DNA from: Chrysomallon squamiferum
Taxonomy: Eukaryota > Animalia > Mollusca
Direction of reading: 5' to 3'
NCBI GenBank assembly: GCA_012295275.1
Contig: CM022665.1
Location: forward strand, 434,001 to 498,000
DNA length: 64,000 nucleotides
Shown here: one piece after another, positions 1-14,313 of the stretch
How the letters are laid out: the number at the start of each line of letters is the position of its first letter
Position numbering within the stretch: the stretch's first letter is position 1
Made by a program: the position numbers and the translations under genes
Notes under the pieces: model-generated
Told to the model about the DNA's origin: nothing
Databases searched by the model: none
The model's input: the letters and a program-made list of their open reading frames with translations, nothing else

Positions 1-264
1 TTTTAGAAGATTAGAATACAGTTTTGTAAATAGATATTTTAAATCATATACCTTAAAGTTCTTGGTAATTTTTTTTGGTGATTTCAGATCGTTTATAGGT
101 ATGTAAATTTGTATAGTTAGTACCAAATTAAAATCGTTATATATCATATATTATTTTATTGAATTGTTCAGTACAGTCTAAAATATGTTTAAAAAAACAA
201 CAACAACAACTTTGTATTGTTTTAATTAGAACCATATATATTCACAAGATATTCTTTCCTTATT

Positions 265-400
265 ATATGTATTGCAGTTTTAACTTGTTTTAAAAACATC
301 GGTTAATTATTCTTAATTTCGACATTTTCCCCAACGAAAGAAATTTTAAAAGGAAGACGAACAACATAAAATAAACACGTTTCTTGACCAAGTATTAAAA

Positions 401-476
<76 letters not shown>

Positions 477-714
477 GTTAATAATAATGCTAATAATAAT
501 AAATAAGAGAATTAAAGGAAAGTAAGAAGGTAACTAAAAAAACATTTTTAAGGTAGAAAGCAAGGAAAAAGAAAATATAATAAGAAAAACAAACAAGTAA
601 ACATTTTGAAATAAACAAACAAACAAATACATAAAGTTATTTAGCTTGGTCGTGTAATTTATTATCTTGTCTCTCTCCCCCCCCCACACACACACACACA
701 TACACACACACACA

Positions 715-746
<32 letters not shown>

Positions 747-884
747 GATACATACACACACAAGTACATAATTGTATGTAATTTGAACTTGTTTTAAAAA
801 TATCGGTTAATTATTTTTAATTGTGACATCTTCAACGAAAGAAAATTTAAAAAGAAAGACGAACAACATAAAATAAAGTATTAA

Positions 885-919
<35 letters not shown>

Positions 920-1191
920 CAACAACAACAATAGTAATAAGAACAATAAATCAGAGAAGTAAAGAAAAATAAAAGTGATTAATGCGACACATTTTTAGTG
1001 CAGAAAGGGAGTAAAAAGAAAATAAGAAAAACAACAAACAACTTAGCTTTTTGATAAAAGGGCCCGGTTTCCCATCCTCATAATCATTTGTAATTTATAA
1101 AATAAAACCATTTTAACTGTAATTGTAAGACACTTAAAATAACAAACAAACAAATACATAAAGTTAGTTAGCGTGATCATGTAATTTATTA

Positions 1192-1235
<44 letters not shown>
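265..1235. repeat. Tandem duplication of a ~504-bp unit containing (AAT)n and (CA)n tracts
   Basis: AACTTGTTTTAAAAA.ATCGGTTAATTATT...CAACGAAAGAAA.TTTAAAA..AAGACGAACAACATAAAATAAA at 282 and 786. Both copies continue to AAACAAACAAATACATAAAGTTA..TGTAATTTATTATCT-(CA)n. Confidence 0.85.
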
Positions 1236-1237
<2 letters not shown>

Positions 1238-2729
1238 TGTTCAGTAATGTATGTAAGGTATATCAAGTATCGCAGGGCGTAGCCTGAAGGGCGGGGCCCA
1301 GGAATCACTTTCTATTAAACTCCATTGATATCTCTCAGCTGATTTTATGGTAAAGTTATCTGATACGTCCTTGATAACAATAATAAAAACAACAACAATA
1401 ATAACAATAGCAACAACAATAACAATAATAACATCAACAACAACAACAATAACAATGACGATAATAATAATAACAGTAGCAACAACAATTACAATAATAA
1501 TGTTAATTTTTGTTAACAATAATAATAATAATTATGAAAATGATGATGGAAATAATAACATAGAAATATATCATTCGTAACATTAGAACACGACATTTTA
1601 ATTTTTTCAAACTATTTTATTTCTTGTTACAGTTTTCTACAATGAACAACACTAAAATAATACTTTTTGCAATGTATCATTCTTATCATAAAACCATTCA
1701 AAAATTAAATCTACCAGTGAACAAACACTTGACTGAACACCAGTAGTTATTTTTATTATTGCTTTGAATACACTGCTGTATATATTTATAACCTATTATG
1801 TTAAAGAAGACTTCTTCTGATTTGATCGATATACATTTCGATGTGTCATGTATGTTATGTACTGTGGGATCTCGCATGTATATCTGTATTAATTTCTCCT
1901 ACATTTTTTTGTTTACTGTTAAAGAGGGTACGTGGGTTAACGAATAAATACACTGCCATATAATTATGTACATAGTAAATTTACAAGAGATTATCTTATT
2001 AGAATGAAACCATGGCAGTACAAACCAAATGCTTTAATATATTTAATTTGCCATGACAATATGTAATCAAAAATGTGTCGACACGATTCTTCAGTGGTTC
2101 TCATTCTTTATTAATAATAAAATAAGATAACAATAAAACAACTCCAGGTTATCCAAAGGAAGTTACATCTTATACATAAATGTTAAATAATAGGTGTATG
2201 TCTCTGTATGCTTGTATGTATGTGCGCGTTTGTCTTCGTGTGTAGTTAATTTAAAGTAAAGAATTTATTAGACAGTTTCAAGCGTGGTTTTATTGTTGTG
2301 TCCGACTATAAATAACATACAGATTAAATACGTATTTACAGTAATATGCAACATGTGTGTGTAATGTGTGTATGTGCATATGTGTGTATATATATATGTA
2401 TATATATAGATATATAAACATAGTTTTATCTGAATGTCAGTATGTATATCTCTTTATGGTGTGTACACTTTTATATAGGTAGATATAAATGAATATATGA
2501 AAATGTGTGGGTGTTTATGTGAAGTAGCTATGCAATGTGTATTGATTACAATTCGACAAACATCATATATAAAATCACTGTTTATTTACACACTCTCTGT
2601 AAATCTACGTATTCAATCTAGTATTTTAATGAATAAATGTTATCCTTAAAAGAAAACTATGATAATAATATTATAGGAAACAACAACAATATGCATATTG
2701 TACGCTCGATGTTTGTAACTTGGATGTTT

Positions 2730-3063
2730 GTTTCATGACGTCATCTAAGTATCTGTCTCTTAATGGAGATATAATAAACATATCCAGTGACGTAGATGAG
2801 ATATCTCCGGGATGTTACGTCCAGTGACGTCATCGGGAGTCGAGGTTAAACGACTGTAACCGATCGATGGCGAGTTGCAGTACCTCGAGTTCTCCTTTGA
2901 GATTACGTGCCACGCAGTGTAACACGCCCTTGTTGTTCAGCTTCTACACAGACTGAGTATATGGATCGGATCTAACTTTTGATAGTTGCAGCATAATTCC
3001 TAATATTAAAATTTATACTTAAAAACATGTTATTTGCTTTTCAGTGGTTGATCGAAATGTGAG
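2730..3063 (+). promoter_or_regulatory. CpG-retaining promoter-like patch with a CRE/ATF site cluster and a possible non-coding first exon
   Basis: ATGACGTCAT palindrome 2735-2744, TGACGTA 2788, TGACGTCA 2825-2832, further TTACGT half-sites (~2815, ~2903). Donor GAG|gtaaac at 3064. Confidence 0.5.
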
Positions 3064-3609
3064 GTAAACAGAATACGAACTATATTAAGCGGTTGTAGTC
3101 AATTTGACTAAATATTAACAAATTAGAAGGTAGCTACTGGTATGAAACCTTTTAAGGCCATGAACAGTTTTAATGAATGTGATTATGAACTGTGACGACT
3201 AAACGCTAACCTTTCCGTTAAACTTTTGTATTTGTGCCAACAACAATTCCGCTGGTTTGCGATTATGACAGTAACATTTCACAATGTCAGAACTACGTTA
3301 TTGTAAGCCAGGCTATTTGTTAGCTGTATATGTGAACTTCCCTTTTGTACCCTACTTTTTTATTTACGAAAGACTGAGCTGAGAATAAACAGAAAAGCAA
3401 AGAAAACCGCTTTAGAAAAAACAGTTTGTATGTGTACATATATCAGATTGCCAATAGCAGTTTGAAAACTTCCACACAAAACAGGATGTGATGATTAGCT
3501 GTGACTTTATTTGTACCCAGATAACGTAAGAGTTCAGCAAATCCAATTTTTAAATAGTAATTTTTATATGAAGAGAAAATCGACTGTATTTAGTATTTTT
3601 AAATTTTTG

Positions 3610-3636
3610 TTATTATTATTATTATTATTATTATCA

Positions 3637-3668
<32 letters not shown>

Positions 3669-3817
3669 GCTATTACTGTTATTGTTACTAACACTATTAC
3701 TACTACTATTATTTCTTCTTCTTATTATTATTATTGTTTTTATTATTATTTTTTATTACTATTATTATCATCATCATCAGTAGTAGTAGTAATAGTAGTA
3801 GTAGCAGTAGTAGTAGC

Positions 3818-3864
<47 letters not shown>

Positions 3865-3945
3865 GAGTAGTAGGAGTAGTAGTAGTAGTAGTAGGAGTAG
3901 TAGTAGGAGTAGTAGTAGTAGTAGTAGTAGTAGGGTAGTAGGAGT
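3610..3945. repeat. Compound (TTA)n/(CAT)n/(TAG)n microsatellite
   Basis: Read directly; explains the poly-L/S/T spurious ORFs. Confidence 0.95.
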
Positions 3946-4337
3946 AGTCAGTGAAAAGAACGCTGAATATCCGCATATCAACGTCTGGTTGACACGATAT
4001 TCTGTAAAGGACAGTCCCAGCTGTAGAGCTCTCTCTCATTGATCCTGCATCACTCAAACAGGACATTAATTTATCATTTTAGGGTTCTGTTGTTTCAGCA
4101 CGAATAATAATTAATATTAATTTCGTTCAGATCTTTATTTATACTGTATGAAAACATGTATCGTGTATGCAACATATACGGAGCATTTAAAAGTTAGCCG
4201 GCATTACATTATAGTGATATTTGAAAAATCAACATTTCTAAGTATATTTTGTATATTTTATACAACTTTTTATAATTCAACTCGTCATTAAATATGTTTA
4301 GGTTACGTTAAAAATAAGTGTCGCAAATATTTAAAAC

Positions 4338-4389
<52 letters not shown>

Positions 4390-4701
4390 TAGTCAATTCG
4401 TTGCTATTGAAGTGGACAGAAAAGACGACAACGACGGACAAGAAGGCTGCAGTCATACCAAACCAGCACCACCCACTCACACAGCTGTTAGCCATGGTGG
4501 GAAAATGTCTCGGCGTATCCTGTAACCTTGTTTCTGAAGTAACCGCTTTATTATCGATACATACTGTTGTAAGATTATACTCTACTAATGATAAGATTAT
4601 TAACCTTCAACCCTTTCCTTAAATCTGATCCACGGGTCAGGTTTGCTCAAGTGGAATCGCATATGACAAAATGTAACAGGACCTTAGTTAATCTTTTATG
4701 T

Positions 4702-4852
<151 letters not shown>

Positions 4853-5613
4853 AATGCCAATATAGATGTCAAATGGCTAAGATGTTCGACCAGATTTACT
4901 AAGAATAAAACAATTTGGGTCACGTTAATCTGAGAGAGCAGAATATTCATTCCTAAATACACAGTTATTGAGAATTTCCTATAAGCTTAGATGATTATGT
5001 AATTTAGAGTTTTACATACATACAGACAGACATACATAATAACTGAAAAATATGATCTCATTTGTTTATTAGTGTATTTCTTTTGAGAAATGTCTACAGT
5101 GAACAACAGTAAAACAATATTTTAAACAAATTATTACTCTAAAAATAAATATAATTTAGATGGTTATTATTATTTTTGGATATAAAAGAACTAAACTGCT
5201 GAATAAAATAATTTACAAAAGTTGTTATCTATGACAATATGGTTTATCATAAAACTGTTCAAAATTTAATTTTACCAGTCGACAAAAACTTGATTGAACA
5301 ACAATAATTATCTTTATTATTGCTTTGGACACACTAAACAAAAATATGTATTACCTACTCTTTTACTGTGTATATCTATATATATATTTCTGTTATTATT
5401 ATTATTTTAAAATTGTATTCCAAAATTAATTAGTTATTCTATGAAATACTAAACTAAAATGATAGATCTGAGCATATTACTAAAAAAACGAAAGAAACTT
5501 GAAATTCTTAGTGTGAAACTCAAACAAATCAACTCATACACTTTGTTACATGATTCACAGGCGAATTAAAGTTCATTTTTAAAACATTTCATAATTGAAA
5601 CAGATTAACACAG

Positions 5614-5892
5614 CTAGGGTTAGGGTTAGATTATCTATTAGGATTAGGGTTAGCAATAGGGTTAAATTAAATTATCTGTTTACCGCAATGGAGTTTTATA
5701 ACCTGACGTAAAAATTAAAACAACTTTTATTTCAAAATATTAACTTGGGAAAGTTTATTAGGATTGTTGGTATAACATTGGTTAATTTATCATATTGCTA
5801 GAAGTAAGATTATATCTAGGGTAAGGTTTAGGGTTAATGTTAGCATCAGGGTTATGTTTAGTGTTAGTGTTAGTGTTAGGGTGAGGTTTAGC
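5614..5892 (+). repeat. Interstitial degenerate TTAGGG-like repeats, two clusters
   Basis: CTAGGGTTAGGGTTAG..TTAGGGTTAG at 5614-5665, and CTAGGGTAAGGTTTAGGG..TTAGTGTTAGTGTTAGGG at 5816-5892. Confidence 0.7.
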
Positions 5893-6053
5893 ATTATGGT
5901 CTTATTTAATTATCTACTTACCTGAAGAAGGTTTTCATGTAAAACTTGAGTAATCTTATGATGACTTTGAGGATAAAATTTATATTATTTTGCAGTATGT
6001 ATATATATCAAGATATTATTAATATATTTCATGTTAAGCCTTTTCTTTTTGTT

Positions 6054-6095
<42 letters not shown>

Positions 6096-6754
6096 GTAAT
6101 TTTAACATTAAAAAAAAATCGGTTAATTATTTTGAATTGCACTATTTCTCCAGCGATAGAAAATTACAGAAGGGAAAAGATGAATTTGTAAGCTAATTAA
6201 GAGTAGACATTTTTGCAGCAGTAAGGAAGTAGAAGGACTTAATGATAAAAATAAGTAGCTAAATGAATGAATGAATAAATAAATATGACAAAGTTCTTGT
6301 TCATAACTGTATACATTTCATCTGACAAAGATAACGCGCACGCACACACACACACACACACGCACACACACACACACACAAAGACAAACGGCATTTCCAT
6401 TAATAAAATATGAAAATTAGCAAGAGTAAAATGTGAAATTGTTATATAAAATAACAACAAATAAAATAATACACCAAAGAAATTATGTTTGTGTCTTTAT
6501 TTTGTTCTTTATCTTTTAGTTCTTAATCAAATAAAAAATTAATTATTCTTCTGACTGATGTACCTAAATAATAAGACCAACAACAACAAAATGAAGAGAT
6601 GATTTAAGAGTATAATAATTTGTATTTAATACAGTTTCACTGTTTATTTTATATTTTAAGTATATATTTAGTCTGTATCCAGATATTCGGACCGCCTCCG
6701 GCCCTAGGTTGGGTACTTGTGTTATTGTTATTGTTGTTATTATGATTATTATTA

Positions 6755-6800
<46 letters not shown>

Positions 6801-6939
6801 TGTAAAATGATTTGTGAGTAACCTATTTTCATTTATTTGGTGGTGTTTTATTTACTTATTTATTTATTTGTTACTGTTTCTTCACGCTTGCTGTTATTGC
6901 GACTATTATGTAGCAGGTTAATATATCATTGTTGCTTCT

Positions 6940-7094
6940 TAATTTAATGCGCATGCTCAATTCACAAAATATCACAAAAGCATATTTAACGTGACACCTA
7001 ACTATTTGGTGCTGTATTTCCGGTCTATACCACTCCTTCAAATTGAAGAGAACTGACCTCAAGTCCTGTTATTTGTTCACGATAACTGGTGAGT
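6940..7094 (+). promoter_or_regulatory. Candidate anoctamin promoter / 5' non-coding exon
   Basis: ETS-type TTCCGG at 7018-7023, consensus donor TG|gtgagt at 7089. CpGs are visibly more frequent here and fall off downstream. Confidence 0.35.
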
Positions 7095-8364
7095 GAATGC
7101 ATGTTTTTAAAAACAAAAAACATGTTGACTTGGAGGGTCACGATGTCACAGCTGTAAGCGGTGTTTCCCTTTAAAGATCCATGTTCGCATCAACAAGATG
7201 AATCATGGTTGTGAATAAATCATTAAATGGTTTGATGTTTATTGTCTACAAGTTATTATGAGTACAATTTCAATATCATAACTCTGAACAGAGACTCCCT
7301 GAGCTTGGACTATAACTCTAGCAGTAATCTTGCAGTTTAGACGTATCCTTTGTAACGTTTGTTAATAGTTAAATAGAGGTTTTACTTAATGATTTGGTAC
7401 TTTGGTGGGTTTTTTAGTATCTCGAAATACTAGTATATCTAATATTGTAAAATTGTTGGTTTGTCAAGCAAAAGCAAGTATAACGTTGTGCACTAGCAGC
7501 AAAACCAAAAGTACAAATTGAGTAAAACTTTGGCTAACAAGTTTCATGGTAGACCAAAGCTGCAAGATTATATATAAATCTACTGTTTTATAGATTTTTC
7601 TGTTTATGGGCTAATAATAATACAGCATAATAGCATGATATTCCTGTTCAAATATTTGTAATACGTTTTACAAAATTTATGCTCTAAAATGGGATGGTTT
7701 TACAGGGATTAGCTTTTATCGGGGGATTTAAATCGGTGCTTCACACATGCTTTGTTTTAGTTACGAAAATTTTTGACAAACTGATGATCTTGTGATTTAG
7801 ATAGGTGCCATGACAATAAAGGTTTTATGACAGTTTGGGTTTACAGTTTTATATGACCTTTATGTACTTTTCATGATCAGGAGAGCAACAGATTATAGCA
7901 AAAATATTCAGTAAAACCTCTGTTGATGTAAACTGCAAAATTACCAGCTGTATTTACTAGTGGTGACTGAGCCATTGTCATTCCTCAGGATTCTCGCAGA
8001 CAAAAACTGATGTGTATTAGTATGGATATTGTTTACAGAGATTAATGGAACTTAAGAAAGAAAATATCTCTAAAAAAAGTATATAAACCTGCACTATTAA
8101 TGTTTTATATGAACTGTTAGACTGATCATGTGTTTTGACCACAAACATCCCAGTAAAAAACATTCAGGTCTGTTTATCGACACAGAGGAATACATTCCAT
8201 AGATTGCATTTGCTTCACCCAGTTGCCCCATATATCTTTCACAATTTTGACACTTTCCAAGAAGTCTGATTAAACACTGTTGAACATTTCTTATTCTGTT
8301 GCTCATACAGTTGTTATTGTTCTGCTTTTACTTACTTTTAATGTTTAAATTTGCAATACAGTTG

Positions 8365-8850
8365 ATGCAATATGATGAGTATCAACATGCTGTTGACTTG
8401 CTACAAACAGGCAGAAGTTAGTGTGAAGTGGTCAAAACCTTCAATGTTTTGAACTCAGTAGTTAGCAGACTATGGAACTTCCCAGACAAAGACAGGAGTA
8501 CAGGATCAGTTCATCTGTAACCAAAGAAATCAAGCTAAAGCAGCAAATCTAATTGTTGTAAATTTTTATCAGGCTGCTGTTTACTAATGTCAAACAATTA
8601 GAAATCATCTACAAGCAGCCCAGGTTGTGCCTATCTTAACAAATTGTCACATGAGCCACAAAAGTGAATGGTGTAAGAGTTTCTGTTCACTTTGGACTTC
8701 ATCAGGAAATATTACCAGGCCAACATAAAGACACCCTTTGTCATCCTATTTGCTAAGCATGTGTGTTAAAAAAAAAATCAGTTGAATGCCACAGCCAGCA
8801 ATGAGCCTGGACCTTTCCCCCATTGAACAAGTTAGGAATACATTAGAGAA
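8365..8850 (+). mobile_element. Degraded Tc1-family transposase remnant
   Basis: Translates to EYQHAVDLLQTGRS*CEVVKTFNVLNSVVSRLWN (paired-like HTH), and later PAMSLDLSPIEQV, resembling the Tc1 WPxxSPDLxPIE motif. Contains stops and deletions. Confidence 0.7.
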
Positions 8851-9865
8851 CCGGGTGGTATATGAAAAAAGGTTTATAATAATAATAACAGTAGTAGTTG
8901 CAATAATTTTGAAACATACCCATACTGATTTGGAATGCCTAGTGTTTCACAAAGTTGTAATACTAATATTATTACCTACATTAGCAGTGACATTAGTATT
9001 GTAACTTTGCATTTTGTACTACCTCAAATAATTATAATTTGTGATTTGGAAGTTAACCAAAGGGTCAAAAACAATAACAATATAAATATATAAATACACA
9101 GTTTCAAATCATTATATGTAACAAGATATGTTGTATAGCAGAACTCATTTTCTTGAATAATTAGAAATAGTAATGAAATAAATGTCACTACAGTACTGCA
9201 ATTCATAAAAAGAAAGCAGAAACACACACACACACACACACACAAAAGAAAATAATGAATCATTTGCCTCAAGAAAGGAGTTTATTGTGACATTTGAACT
9301 GTTGACTGATTACTGTAATTGCAGTATGTAGTATGAGGGGGAGGGATTTAGTCAGTATATCACATAAATCACACACATTACTGTACTACACAAAAAATGA
9401 AACATGTTTTCCATAGTGTCAAGTAGTAGATGTACTACAGTGGAATTTATTATGGGATGTCATTTGAACATTCTTAACATAGTTGGGTTTGTAATTCATT
9501 ATGAAACTTTCATATTAATATATTATGGGTGTTTCTTTTATACTTTTACAAAATAAAATATGATTTCAGATATATTTTAATAACTGCTGTATGTTTTGAG
9601 GTCAGATTGAGGGAGTTGCATAGCAAAAATGTTCAATCAGTAAATGTTTGTCACAGTGTCAGTGACATGTCATACTAGTAACTCACTGTTCCTGTCTCTC
9701 AGCTGAACATACAATATAATATACCCATGCACTTAACATTTGTTGTTTAATATTATAATTAGCCAGATAGAACAAGTATAATATTATTTCATTTTCTGTA
9801 GATATTTTGTATTTCAGGGTCATCTGTTTTATTTCATCAGTGGATATGTGTATCTAGTAACAACA

Positions 9866-9920
9866 ATGGCCAGTAATGATGATGTCCACTTACACATGCT
9901 GTCCAGCAATGAAGACAGAG
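9866..9920 (+). CDS. Candidate first coding exon 1a of anoctamin ([18 protein letters not shown], phase 1)
   Basis: Acceptor ttgtatttcag ends at 9817, ATG at 9866 in context caacaATGG, donor AG|gtttgt at 9921. The 55 coding nt give phase 1, compatible with exon 17848. Confidence 0.55.
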
Positions 9921-10133
9921 GTTTGTTTCAGTAATTAAGATTTATAATTCAGTAATGCATTATGTATTTAAAATGTTTCTAACTATGCTTGATATAGAAT
10001 ATAATAATCGATTATTTCTAAATTTTATAATTTAATATATATATTTTTTTATTTTTGCCTTTGTATGAACTTTTTCTTTTGTTAATCTGCAGGTCCATTT
10101 TATATGATAACTAATACTATCCCATTTATATTG

Positions 10134-10168
<35 letters not shown>

Positions 10169-11359
10169 GAGTAGCACTGAATATTTTATTTTATTTATTA
10201 TTAGTTTGAATTATTGATATAATGTTTATTATTCAGCCTCTGAAATTAATGAGTTTAGTGTTGAACGGTTCTTAATTATAACAGCCCAAAAGTTGTTAAG
10301 AAAAGTCATGATGCTTGTTCTTCAGTGAGGGTGCATACCTTGTTATTTTTTACATGTAACTTTATACTGGCTGCAGTAAATACCTGTAATTATATCCATA
10401 ATTATAGCTGTATATTCACAACATTAGAACAAACAAACACAATGTTAATTATGTTATCTAATAATGACACTGACAAATAATTTCTTCTTTTTAATGTTTA
10501 TTTAATATTACATATTTTACAAAACATACTGTCTTGAAATGTATATATTTAGAAATGAATAAAGTTTGGAATCTAGACAAAAGGTTATTAAGATTGTTAG
10601 ATGTTTTATTATTTTCCTAATTAAAAAAAAAAAAAAAATAAGTATAAAATAAATGAATAAATAGACACTTTTACACAGAGAAGAAATAGAAACACTTATT
10701 AACTTGGCACTAAAATATTTTATTCTGTTCTTTAAATTAGTTTGTTACTGTAGATATCTTTTTTTTTTTTTTTTTAATTAATAAAAGTATAAAAACAGAT
10801 AATGTATGTACTATCTTATATTACCAAACAATGTGGTGGTGAAAATTATAAACATTTCTTTACATACCAGGTAAGAACAGCTTACTAACATTCTTACAGA
10901 TCTCACGTTAAACGGTGAATAAGCTATTGTATATAAATTACATATACCAATGTAGTCATGTACAAGATAACCATGCATTGTTTGAACATTTAAAAAAAGT
11001 TAGACCTACACATATTGGGTATAGGAAATAATGACACTGGAAAAAAAGATGCCCAGAAGAAATGGCAGTATGCATATTAGGAAAAAATGGCACCTTGTTT
11101 ATTTTTTCCTGTATAGTGGCTTTAAAAAACCCTTAAAAGTACTTTTGAAAATACAGTTTATTCATGCAATATTGCTACATGCATGTATATTAATATATAG
11201 CATCTCTCAACCACTTGGTTTTGCTTAACAAAGTACAGTATTATATCAGTTTAATATCACAATCAACTCTTTCTGTCTGGCAGTTAATCCTAGGATGTAG
11301 GAAGCTACTCCTTCAGAAGAGCAATTAAACACCAAGGGAATGTGTTGGTGTGTATACAT

Positions 11360-11408
<49 letters not shown>

Positions 11409-14265
11409 TACATGCATATACATACGCACATATGGTTATACATATATGTATGTTTGAATGCATACATAGATTCAATAGTACGTTCATACATACAGACGCA
11501 TTCATATAGAATACCTAATGTTAATACACATAGCATAGATAACATATCCTCCAGAATGATATCATTCAGTCAGTTCAAACATAGCATAAGATATATATAT
11601 ATATATATATATATGGGGGTTGTTTTTGGTTTACATTTGTTTTGACTGACTGTTTAATTATGAACTGTGAACAATTGTTAAATAATATATTAGCTGCAGA
11701 TTACATTATTTATGACATTAAATCATTATCTCAAATATTATCCATGCTCTGGTTTTTTATATGTTTCTATGAACTGTTTTTGTAAGCAGGACTTCACCTA
11801 CTACCAAAAACAAAATGTCAATAAGTAATAACTTTTTTTTTTCAGGTTCCATTTTTTCCAAATTTGAATAGTGCCATTTCTTCCAGGTGCCTTTTTTTCA
11901 TACCCCTCAGTGAACATATATGAATCCATTCTCTGTGTAAAACATACAGCAGAGTTGATGCAATTTATTGACATACCAGCAATATAATATTCCAGTACTG
12001 TTTACAAGGAAATAAATTTTGCAAACAGTTTGATCTCACACTATATTATGCAGGTCATGCCAACACCCATTTTACTGTATTTAACTGGGATAATAAAACT
12101 GCTACTTGCTCTGAATTACAAGCTGGGAAGATTTTCGTACAAGGCGGCTTCTCACCTGACCTAGTTTAGTGATGTGTGTATGGATAGCATGTTTTCATGT
12201 TCACTAACAAACTCAAACTGTCTGATTGATACTGTCTGGGAAAGCTTGATTATTGTAAAATATGTTGTGTGGGGGTTTTCTGGAATATCAGTTACATGCA
12301 GCTCGTCTTAGTAACGGATACTAGGGTTGTGAAACACGTTTGATTTAATGAAAGTGGATGACTTGCTATGGCAGAGGCTGCTGAATCCATTGAACTGAAA
12401 CGCTTCACTCATCGAGATTCAAACACTCATCAAGATTCAAACAGTCGCTTTGGCTGTAAGTTTTCTTTTAAATATATATATATACAAAAATGAGACTAGC
12501 TTTTAATATTAGATTAAATACTTGTACATACCACTTGCCATCAGTCTTAATGTTTAACGGTTTACTGTCCCCTGTTTTAGTGTAGCATGTGGTTTTATAT
12601 TTAACTAGCACATTCATATGTACCAAGCTGCACTTCAGTGTTTACACAAACTAAACAGTAAATGTAAGCTTCTGTGCAATCAAATGCATTTGCTTATCTA
12701 CACTAATAAAATATTATTTATATTGTACATACATTTTTATATTTCTATTCAGCAATTTTTTTTATTTTTAACAAAGTATGACTAAATGCTTCTAAAACTG
12801 TCATCAAAGTAATATTAAAAAAATATATATGAACAAATAATAATAAAAACAGGCAGAAAAAAAATAAGAAAAAAGATAAAAAATAAATACAAAGCTTGTA
12901 ATTTCAACTATATATATAATAAAAATCAGAATATTTCTGTTGTAAATTCTAATCATTTCACTGTATGAAGAGAAAGAAATTTAAATAAAGTTTTTTTTTA
13001 TTATTATTATTTCATAACACAAATTTTACTTACATAAATAACTTGGCTTTCAGTAAAATTTTGTTGATTATTGATTTATTTATTAGGAATTTAATGTAAA
13101 ATTTAAAAATGTATAATTTTTATTTGAGAGAAATTAATCTGATTCCTATGCCTTCTATTCATATATAATCTTGATATATTGGTTTTTATGTACAAAGATA
13201 ATTATGTAAACGAGAAGAAAACAAAAGAACATTATTTACAGTGTTGTGATAGTGTTATAAAATAAAACACATTTGTTAGCAGTAATCGATACTTATAATA
13301 CAGTTAGCAGGTTTTCTATAATTCTTTTGACAGTGATTACATGATTTCTCACAAAACACACTTATTTGATGTCTCAGTGGTTCAGGGGTTTAAGGTCACA
13401 TCCACAAATAACTTATTTCCTTCAGTTTTATAGTTGTAAGATGTGAGAAGTTTATCAACTGTTAAGTCTTGTAAAAATATTTGGGCTGCCTGAGGATATT
13501 CTGTCTTTTTATTTCTTTTCTTAACAAAATGATTTTATGTAGTTTTGTTATTTATATATATTTATTTATATTTATTTATTTATTTATTTATTTATTATTA
13601 TTATTTTTTTTATTCTGTTGTTAATAAGCCATAAATATAGATCTCTAATTTTATTTCATATTTTTTATTACATTTTTATTTTCATTTTCATTCAGTTATT
13701 TAATTTAATTTTATTGAAATTTAAATTTTAATATCAAACTAATTTACTGAGGGTTTATTTTACAGTGTTACATTTATACTGCAAGTCACAGTGATTTAAT
13801 TGTTTTAACCATTTAAGCAAGATTTAGTTAAAGCTGATGATAGACATTGTGGAAAAGTTGTTTCTAACTGATATTTGTTACCTTTTAAGATTTATTTAAT
13901 GGGCTTCAGTAATAAAAGGGATATTTATTTAATGGGTATTTTAATTAACATGTTAAATGTCCATTTACATAATATTCATAATGATTGTTAAATTATTTTA
14001 TTTTAGATACACAACACAATATAATTATATTCATTTGTATCTTTTATGTGAATTCACCAATAGTTTAACTTTCAGAATTAAAAAAAAAAAAAGTTAATAT
14101 GTTAAAAATTATTGGTATTAAAATGATATAAATACATACATTTAGCAAAACTGGAGGAGTTACTCTAATGGTATTTATAACTTTAAGCTATTGTTGAGTG
14201 TAAATTAATATTATGTTAAAACAAATAATTAATTAAAAACATACATGTATGTACATGAACTTCCT

Positions 14266-14313
<48 letters not shown>

